From an uncultured bacterium (GTDB taxonomy: Bacteria > Babelota > Babeliae > Babelales > Babelaceae), in assembly GCA_963722385.1 (NCBI GenBank), contig CAVRKK010000002.1:320001-384000 (forward strand): a DNA stretch of 64,000 nt. The letters run 5' to 3'. This document shows positions 10,462 through 20,400 of the stretch, piece after piece. Below the pieces are notes generated by a model that worked only from the letters and a program-made list of their open reading frames with translations, did no database searches and was not told where the DNA came from. The position numbers and the translations under genes are program-made. Positions within the stretch are counted from its first letter, which is position 1. The number at the start of each line of letters is the position of its first letter.

Positions 10462-11045
10462 CACAGGCGCATGTCCTTTAACCGACTATGAAAATGCCGA
10501 AGTCATTCAAAATACTCCCGCAATGCTTTTACTCGCCAGCGTACTCAAGAACGCATAAACACGGCCAAGAGGCACTAATCGCTTGTCTTTGCCGGCATAA
10601 AAAAGAGCTGTGGGTTGCCGGCTTGCTATCCAGCCGTCTTCCACCTTAGCCAGAACGAGAGTAAGGCAAAGCCCCCTTTTTCTATCAAATCCTTGTGCTG
10701 TACAACACTAACAAGCTTTCCTATCTAAAATATTACGCAACAAGCTTTTTTTCTTAACACGGTCATGTTTTGCGGTATAACCTTGAGGCTGAGCAGCGAC
10801 TCAGCAGAACTATTATGCTAGGTGAACAAAGATTAAGCTTATGCACAGAAAATAACTCTGATCCCTGAAATAAAGCGGGCTTCCCATCAAATTGCCCCTA
10901 GCTTTTCATGGAAAAAATGATATCATGAAAACATGGGCTGAAAACTTTTGAGCTAAGTTTTTAAATTTATTTTACAATTATGTTATTTAAAGATATGACT
11001 CAGCCTCAATCAATGCAAATCTGTAACCTCAAGGAGTTATTAAAC

Positions 11046-11687
11046 ATGAACAAGCTGTTCTTATGCTTATCAGCCGCCATCCTCATCGGCGCAGCATATG
11101 CGGGGGCGATGGAACAAGATAAAACCGAGTTGAACAAAAAGCTAGCGTGGGCTATCGGAAGCGGGCATGACGAAACCGTAGCATCATCATTACGCCAAGG
11201 TGCTGATCCTAACTATATTGACTGTGGGACACCGGTTCTGGTTGATGCGATTAAATATAGTAGCCCTCAGGTAATAAGCTTACTTTTGCAATATGGCGCA
11301 AATCCTGAAGCCCGAAATGGATCAACGTCTGCACTTCGCCTCGCTATACGAACCAATGATCCCGCTGTTGTACGAGCTTTTTTATCAAATTTATCAGAAG
11401 AAACAGCCAAAAAAATTCTTAGCGAACAAGACTCCTTGGGAACAGCATTACATGAGCTTGCTAATCAAGGCGAAAAACCAAATGCACTTGAAATAGCTAA
11501 AATACTCATCGAAGCCGGCGCACTTGCCAGCAAAAAGGATGTCTACGATGAGACTCCAGCTGCAATTGCAACAATGCATGGCTGCACAGAGTTAGCAGTA
11601 TATCTTTTAGAGCAAGAAACCAAAGAAAAGGGCTGGAATTTAGGGGGCATACTTTCTGGATTACGAAATTATATCAGCGGCAACTAA
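11046..11687 (+). CDS. Signal-peptide ankyrin-repeat protein (family B, copy 2)
   Basis: Paralogue of 9221; start at MNKLF by homology and AGGAG RBS. Confidence 0.9.
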   Translation: MNKLFLCLSAAILIGAAYAGAMEQDKTELNKKLAWAIGSGHDETVASSLRQGADPNYIDCGTPVLVDAIKYSSPQVISLLLQYGANPEARNGSTSALRLAIRTNDPAVVRAFLSNLSEETAKKILSEQDSLGTALHELANQGEKPNALEIAKILIEAGALASKKDVYDETPAAIATMHGCTELAVYLLEQETKEKGWNLGGILSGLRNYISGN

Positions 11688-11706
11688 GGACGTTAAGATA
11701 CTTGAG

Positions 11707-11732
11707 GGGAGCGCTTCTAAGCGCTCCCTTTT
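11707..11732 (+). terminator. Intrinsic terminator
   Basis: GGGAGCGCTT / AAGCGCTCCC stem followed by TTTT. Confidence 0.72.
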
Positions 11733-11853
11733 CGTTCAATTTTTTATTTTAAAATCTAATTTTAGTCAAAATTCTTGCTTTTTTTAACTTATTATTTGTA
11801 AATTAGAATTATTACACCTAATAAAGTGGATTAAAATTGGCGAGGATTTGGCT

Positions 11854-14800
11854 ATGAAAGCTCGGTATTGGTACTTATTAGCTCAATTTTTTATCGTATG
11901 TGGCCACCTAAAAGCTGGAGAGGAACCCCATCGCGGCGCAGGAGAAATATCGAGAGAAGAGCAAAGGCTTAAACTTGAAACGGAAGAGAAAGGACTTAAG
12001 GAACAGCAAGCTAAACTATTAGAGCAATTACGAACTACTCAAGAAAAACCAGAACAAGAGCAGCTTCAAGCAGAAGAAAAACAAGTGAGCTCACAGCTTG
12101 TTAATGTCGAAGCTGAAGCCGCAGCAATTCCTGACATTGGCGGAGGTGAAAAAGCTGAGGAGTTACTGTAGGTAAAACTACCGAGCAAAAAATGATAAGC
12201 GCTCCAACTCTTGAAGAATGGAATAAGTATTGGCAAGAATTCGCCGAACCACCAGGGACCATTTGGGGAAGAGGCGGTGAATTTTTTACCCTACCGCCTG
12301 AAGATGCAGCTAAAAAGGTGATTACCATTCTTCAACAAACACCAAAAGAAATCTTTACAAATAAAGCACCAAAAGGGATTGATACTTTATTATCTCTTGC
12401 TCAACGTATTAACGATAATAAGGCTCTTCCTCAAAATAATGTTGGTAAAATTTTCAACCTCATTACTGAAAAATTAGTTGACGTTACAAAAGCTACTCAA
12501 TTTTCAGGAGAAGAGCCTCCTCAACGAATTGGTAGCTGGGATTATATTTATCGAAAAATTGGCGAATCAGTATTACCAAAATCATCAAAAGATACTATTC
12601 AAAATCTCATCATTGAGCGAGCTCGCGACATGATCTTCAAGCAAAATTTTGGTGAATTGAATCCCGCTTTCAAAGAACTCGCCGGTGGTCCAATATGGCA
12701 AGCTATCCATAGTTTAACAGATGAGCGACTAAAAGAGCCTTTAATCAAAGCTTTATCTGAAAAAATGATTGATATTTTCAAATCCAAGGCATTTTCGGGA
12801 ACTCAAGCTCTCGTCCAGTTCGCCAAACAACTTGAAAACAAGGTGGAAAAAGATCTAAAGGATACTGCTTGGCAAGTTATAGCAGACAAAACCTCTGAAT
12901 ACTTAAGAACACTTGCATCCGAGAACAATCCCAAGCAAGCCGTAACTGACATCTTATGGCAATATCAACTCCTCAAAAAACTTAATTTTCCTGAAGAACA
13001 ACGTGAACAAGTAAACAAAGCCTTCCTTAAGCATGTAGGCGATTTAATAGAAAGGATGCCTTCCAATGCTGAAAGTATTGACGCGTTGTTAGAAATAGTC
13101 ACTCAAGCGAAACGTGATCGAGATTTTCTTGTTATCGAGGTTATAGCAGAGAGAATGAATAATATAATTCTTGATACACTCGAAAATCACACCATTATGG
13201 CAGAGTCTGTCGCTGAAAAGGGCACACCAGAAGAGATTTATATAAATGCCTACAAAAAAGAAATCGGCATGCTTACTTCTTATTTAAGTGTAACTTTTGA
13301 TACAGCATACAAAATTTCCGAAAACGCTAAAGCTGGCCAACTTGCTGCGGCCAAGCGATTAACTCGATTACAAGATTTTATGAACGCACAAGAGAAACTT
13401 GCTGCAGCAGAAAAGCAGGGATTAGCTGGCTGGGCTTTCTCCAAAATTAAAGGAGTTTTGGGTGATGCCTTTAAAGCGTTTAAGGGTGAAAACACTTTAG
13501 TCGAGCTTATTAATACGCAAGACCCAGATTTTGCCAAAACACAACATATACAAAAAGAACTTTTTGCCAAAGGCCGACTGGAAGCCCTTCCTGAAGATAT
13601 GCTTGCGCGCCTTAATGCCGAGATCCACCAAACAATGAGTCAAGTAAGCGCAGCAAAAGACAAAAAAGAATTTCTGACGCTCTTTAATAAGCTGCTTGAG
13701 CTCCAAAAACGACTAGAAGAGCCACTTATCGCCGGCACTCGATATGGTTTTAAAGATTTGTTAATCGAAAAGGCAGATGAAGCAAGGTTTGCCAAGCTTT
13801 CTCAAAAACTACCAGCTCAAATGATTAAAGCTTTTGACGAGAATCTATCAAAAATTATTCCCGGCGAAGAATTAGGGAGCGCAGGTACGGAACGAACGGC
13901 GAAATTAGCAGAGCTCGATGCTATGCGTAAAAGATTACTAAGTGATCCAGCATTTAAATCTGCCTCTGGCTCGGCTGAACTATTACAGAAAATTATTAAG
14001 ATTGTTGATGTCGCCCGGAGTCGCGATAGAGCAGATATGGCGCATCTTGAGGGAGAGGTAGAAAAAATTATTCAAGATGCGGTCTCAAAACCGCTTGAAG
14101 AAATGGGATCGCTCAAGGACAGAACGGAAAGTGCTATAAAAGAATTAGAAACCTTAGGCTCCCACTCACTCGGACTTTCTGCCGCAGCCACAAACGTATT
14201 ATATGATAGGCTGCAAGAAGCGCAAGCGTGGTCAGGAATTATCGATATTGCAGACAGTTATACAGCACTACGTGCTGAAGGCTCAACCGCCGATGTTGCC
14301 CAAAAAGCTTATAACGAACTCACGCAGAAAGTACCCGAAATTGTGCACAGCTTGGATTATCGCAACAAGCCAGATACCGATCGAGCTACCTTCATGACAA
14401 AACAAGAGCGCGCTTTGCGTAAAGTGAGCGACCTTCTTAATCAAAAAGTCGGCTCTTATACCATGGTTGATCTAGGTATAGCTATGGATAATATGATCAA
14501 TGCGCTCGTTAAGCCTAAGCTGGATATGATTAAAGTATTGGAAGAACAAGGTTATATACAAGAAAAACCAGCAGGCTCAGGCTTTTTTGAACCAACGCTC
14601 AAGGGAAGCTCGCTTGCAGAAATAACCCGTGAGAACACAGATATTGTCGAGCGAAGTCAGCAACTTAAGGAATATCTCGACAAGTACGGCAAAACACTGC
14701 CGAGCCTGGTTATGGAAATCGCCGGAAAGCCTATTAAACTTGCCGAAGGGCTCAAGCTATCATGGATGATTCTCGATGACCAGCTTGATGCACTCAAGCA

Positions 14801-16655
14801 AAAATATCTCGAAAGCTTGCGAGATCCGCTTAAAGATAGAATCATCGATATTCAAAACTCAATCAGCGCGCGTGTTGATACGGTCGATAAAGGTATGGAA
14901 CGGCTTGAAAAGTTACTTGGTCTTACGGCAGAACAGCTTCAGGATCTTGGGGTTTTGGTAAAAGCATTGGGGCTTGCACCCGAGGTCATAGCAAACCCCG
15001 TTGTGCTCGCCAAACACTTTGGCATTGCTGAAGCAGACATGGATAATCCGCGTGTAATTGGCAAAAAATTTGGCTTGAGCGAGAAACAAATTGAACAAAC
15101 AGACCCATCAAAGCTGTCTTTTAATAATAAAGAAGTACAAATAGAGCTCATGCAAAGCGAGCTCGTCATGCAAAAGCTGCAGGAGCAGACAGAAAAGCGT
15201 GTAGCACCAGGCGAGGCCAAACTCTCCAATACCCTGCTCTTAGGTGATATCGCTGATATTTTAGCGGAGCAGCGAAAGCAATCTGGCAAGCGCTCGGTTG
15301 ACCCTTATTTCGAGGCATTAGTTGGCCTGAGAAGAAAATTGCTCGATATGTCCCCCGCCGAACGAGAGAAATTCAACAAAACCGAGGCATTATTAAGTCT
15401 TAGAGCTGCCGCTGATGGCAGCGTATCACTCAAGCTTGATCCGCGCGCCGTAACCGACGAGATGAAGCTTGTATTTGTTGAAATGGCACGACTGATGGGC
15501 GATGGACTTTCTGGCTTTGCCACCTATAGCCATAAGCTGTGGATTCAAGCACGGAAAGGCACCAGCTTTATAGTGAAGCTTGCAGCGCTTCCGGTAGCCG
15601 CGGTTACCTATATCTTAACAAGAATTGGCATCTCGACTGCATGGAGCGCCGGCACAACAGCAGCGACGGGCGGTGCAACAGCCGCCGGTGGTCCTATTGC
15701 CGGTCTTTTAACATATATCATGCTTCCAGGCCCCGGCTTCTTGCCCGATATTGTCGGCCTGCTGGCAGGCACTGCTGCTGGCGGTGTGTTATACTACGTA
15801 GGCAGCGAAATAAAGCCGAGCAAAGAGGAGATTGAAAAACTCAATGAAGAGTTAATTACTGGAGGTTTTGATCCCATCAAAGTACCAGAAGGCCAAGGAT
15901 GGGTTGAAGCAAGTAAAGAGTGGATAGTGAATACTTTTGCTAAAAGTGATATGGGCGTTTGGACTGCTACCGCGGCACAACAAAAATCTGCTATCGATAA
16001 CAAGGTTGTGCTCTTTGAACAAGCGCGAACCGAATTCTATCACTTGCTTGAGCTCCCACCAACAGCCAGCACGGTAGAGGTAGAAAGCGCGATTGTTCGC
16101 AAACAAGCAGAGATTGAAACAAGCTGGGGCATTAATCGCCAGCTCATAAGCCGGCGCTTTAACAATGCTTATCGCTTTGTATTGCGATCCGCTCAAGATG
16201 TTGTCGAAGCCAATGATCGCTATATGACGACACTAGCTAACATCCAAACCAAAGCACTCGCCGCACCTGCTGAACGTGCTGAAAGCGCCGGGATCAAATA
16301 TGGGTGGGAACGATTGAAAGGGGCAGCTGGCGCTTTATTTAGATGGATGACCGGCATTAAAAAGGAACCCAAAGAAGGCTTAACGCTATCTGCTGGCGAG
16401 TTCACTCAATTTAAATCGCAAGTAGATGAGTTCTTTGGACGACAAATAACTGATTTACGTGCTCTGAAAGACTTTATAACCGAAAATAAAGACCAGATCA
16501 AGAGCGCTTCACCATTTAACGATCAAACATACCTGACCACCTTCCAAAACTTGCTTGATGGTAGAATCGCCACGTTGCGCGATGAGTATGCTGAAGGAGT
16601 AAGAGCGCTGCTCAAAGAATACGGTTTCAAGACATCGGGAACAATTGGTGCGTGA
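11854..16655 (+). pseudogene. Giant coiled-coil membrane protein B, frameshifted near 12157 (body ORF 12192-16655 open)
   Basis: 4 nt shorter than the duplicate copy (GCTGGAGGAGGAGTT vs GCTGAGGAGTT); body shares motifs with 28882 and 46742 (FAE.PG..WG.GG, DFMN.Q, ALPEDMLA, ILDDQ, PYFE, EKLNE). Confidence 0.8.
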
Positions 16656-16806
16656 CACTTTGTATTTATTAATTCTCTCAAGGAAATCCGCTATGGATAA
16701 TTTCAGTAGAGCTTATATTTTTTAGGTCTGCAGCCAGCACCCGGTACCGAAGGCCATAAGAGAAATTTTTGATCACCAAAACGTTCAGCAAAGCAGTTCA
16801 TAAATC

Positions 16807-16844
16807 AAAAGGGGGGCGAAGAAAATTCTCGCCCCCCTTTTTTT
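16807..16844. terminator. Bidirectional-type intrinsic terminator
   Basis: AAAAGGGGGGCGA-loop-TCGCCCCCCTTTTTTT. Confidence 0.8.
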
Positions 16845-17428
16845 ATTAAGCATTTCTCCCCTTTCCAAATTCTCGTATTACTGCTTCCCCATTAAAATAT
16901 AAGCAAGTCTAGAAAGAAAAGATATTTTACTCAACCTTAACACAAAACTGCTACGTTTTTGCTGCCTTATTGATGAGTAATTCTTGGTTAAGATGAGATA
17001 CCAGATTTAACTGGTCGGTAGCGCAATGGCGAATTAAACGTATTATTTATTGTTAAACCGTATTCGCTCGTCTGACAATCATTACAAAAGCTCGATATCT
17101 AACCTGTTCTACCTGCCTCCCATTAAATTACTGCGTAATTGTGATCGGCGAACTCAAGCAACCAAATTAAATGTAAGCAGGGCGTTTGCTACATTGTGGT
17201 TGACAAGAAAGGTATTTGAAAGTTTGCCTACCCGCAGCAAAATTTGTGGAACTAAGAATGTCCAAAGCGCAATTTTCCGGTACTGTAATACCACCAAATT
17301 GTGAAAGCAGATTTGCTTAATTAATAAATATCTGGTAATATTCAATAAATTAAATCGAGATAGGCAAGAAGCAAGGACTCGGTAGTAATGAAGGGTGTAC
17401 GCAACCTTTTATTCCGAGGACTGGCTTT

Positions 17429-20400
17429 ATGTTTATTAAGGCTTTCATACAACGTGCTCTTGTCTTTATTTTTTCTCTATTAGCAATAATATCTTGTCGC
17501 GCAAACACGGAGCCCCGAGAAGGGTATCACGTAATTATTACGCGTGACGAACCAGCATCCCGTCACGTAACGAAGCCCCGCGGCCAAGCGAGCCCAGAAG
17601 CAGCAACGCACTGTAAGATCATCAAGAATGGTGAGCAGATTGCGCAGACTGACGTTGTACATGCGGTACGTGATACGTTCAAACCATCAGAATTAGCACA
17701 GCCTTTTTGGCTCATAGACGCTCGCAATTTACAGATACGCGTTCAAGAAGGTGATAACTGTTTTCATTTGTCGGTGGATGCCAAAGGCAATATAGCGATT
17801 CACAAGCTTGAGATGGCCGACTCATTTTCACTTGAGGTATTTGGCAGTGGCAGCATTACCTCTCAAACGCCGATTTCGCTTAAGAAAGACTTGGCGATTA
17901 GTATGCCTCGAGGTGTTTTCTGGAGCGGTGCCAAGGCCCATTGGCATGTTGGCGGCCAAGCCGATTTGTCATTTGAGGAAGGAACGGTGGCAATTGGGGG
18001 AAGGTTTGAGTCAACGGGGGATCTACGTATCAAAGCAAACAGCTATAAACAGTTCTATGGTACGGCACAAAGAACTGAGGGTAACCGATACCACGCTATC
18101 AATGATAACGGATATCCCTGGACATGTGTTGAGTATGATATGGTGTCGCCAAAGCGCTCATTGGTGAGGTCGCAAGGGAATATCTCTCTCACTGCCAATC
18201 ATGCTGGTATTTATGGCGGTATTCTACATGCAAAAGAAAATATTATTGCTGATATTGATCAAAAGTTTGAGCTTCTGACGCAATGTAATGATCATAAGCG
18301 TTGTGAGATATATGAAGAAGATACTGGCTGGATTTTCAAAAACATGGTTCCCCGAGCAGTCGTTGATTACTTTGAAAGCTGCGATGACGTAGCAATCCTG
18401 CAAGCGGGCAAAGACCTCAAGCTCACGCTTCAGGGCCAGCCGGTAAAGATACACGATATCAAGCACTATCCGGCATTTGAAGCCACGGGCCAGATTGTCA
18501 TTGGACAAGAAGCTCGTGTGTCATCATCGAACAAGCAAGGGGTCATGTATAATCATAAGCCCGATGTAGATGATCTCAGGTCATATGGACCAATTTCTCT
18601 CTCGTTTGCTCAGTATATCAATCCCGCCACTACTATTCCCTGTAATGACCCGCGCTTTATATTTACCCACCCCTCACAGAAAGAGAGCATAGAAGCATGG
18701 GAGCCTGGCAACGAGCTTGCATTTTTCTCTGGCACTTCTTTGAGTAAGCCGCCCATGCTCCTCTCTTTTAGTTCTCAGGTAGAGATACTCTCTCGGCTTT
18801 TGTTTGAGCTCGGCCTTCCCGCACTTGGAGGTGAAGGTGATTTTGTCACCCAGCTTAAGGAACTCCAACGTGCTGGCTATCTCGTAGCCCTTATTAACGG
18901 CATGGGAATAGGAAAAATGAAGAAAAGAGAGCCACTACCGCGGGGACAAAGTAAGCCGCGAAAGTCGTTGAAAGAGTCGCAAGAAACCAAGGTCGAATTG
19001 TCTGAGGAAGAAAAGCAAGAGCTCGTCGCACTTGTCAAGCGTTACAGCCATAAAATCAATGCTTCTCCTTCATACCTCAAAAGCAAAATGGCGAGAATAC
19101 AAGAAGGCCAAGATAGTGCAGTACTCACGCAAGAGCTTATACATGAGTTGCCATTTTCATTTATCTATTACCAAGTTCAAAAATTCGATGGCGTTGATTG
19201 TTTAGTCCCTGTCCTTCACGTAAGCGCAGCGGACCGTGATGCCAATAAGCGTATGGGCTCTATTCTCGCTCATGATGTTACTATTGATAAGATGCATCGA
19301 GTCGTCAATAAAGGCATGATTCGTGCAATTAATCGTGTCAAGATACAGGCAGATACGATTATTAACAAGGCCAATAAAGTCAAAAAGTACTCTGTACACA
19401 CGCTCTTAGACGGCGGTGATATTATTGGCTTTGATATCGAGCTTGAAGTTCCCCAAGATGCCGTTGGTAAAGCGGGTATTAAGAACATTGGTGGCTCTAT
19501 TGTGGGCAAGCAGAAAGTATCGTTCTATGCCAAGCAGGGAGACATCACCAACACGGTTCTTTTGGGAAGCCGTACGGTAAGGTGGGACCCTGGCTTTTTT
19601 GGCAGGCTCTTTGGTCATCGAGATTCTTCGGAAGTCGTAGATTTCTACCCAGGCAACATTACTTCTGAGGGCAATATTGAACTCATAAGCGAGGCGGGCA
19701 CGCTGCTTAATGAGGGATCAAAGATCTTTGGTGCTCAGGATGTTAATTTGAAAGCGTATGCTGATGTTGTTTTCAAAACACTTACCGACAAGCATACATC
19801 ATATAGCGGCGCGTCGCTGCAGGGCTTTTCGGTTAAGCAGGTGGTCCAAGAGGCCATGACTATGGAGCGCTCAGAGGTCGCTGCTGGACAGAATCTTACT
19901 ATTGAGTCCACCAATGGTTCAATCAGAAGCTATGGCGCTTCTTTTATTGCCATTCGTGATGCCTTGTTCAAGGCAAAAAAGAGTAACGATCTTGCCGTAG
20001 TGACCAAAACGCTCAAAGGCGAGCAGAAGCAGCTGGGGCTTAATTTGTTTTGGCTCTATGCTACCAGCAAAAAGCATCTGAAGGACCATATAGTCAAAAC
20101 AGAGATTAATGTTGGTGGCAAGGTAACCTTTGAGTCGGGCGAGGACAATGTGCTTGAGGCAGTGGTTGTGTATGCAGGTCAATCTATTCACTTAATCGCC
20201 AAGCGCAATAATATTATCAAAGGCGCCAAAGAGCGCTCATCATCAATGACTGATAGCTGGTCATTCGGTGTGACCTTTTTTGGCTCAGATGCTCTCGGTT
20301 TGCTTGCCGACGAAGAATATCGCAGAGCTTTGTGGGCGCTCAATGATGAGGACCCACTGATTGCCTCTATTCACCGACTTGCCAGTTCGGCAAGCACTGC

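Larger units (their letters stand above)
8609..12252 (+). repeat. Direct tandem duplication, ~1.82 kb unit (8609-10432 / 10433-12252)
   Basis: AAAAATTACGTGCTTGCC near 8616 and 10440; GAATTCGCCGAACCAC near 10420 and 12237. Confidence 0.93.
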
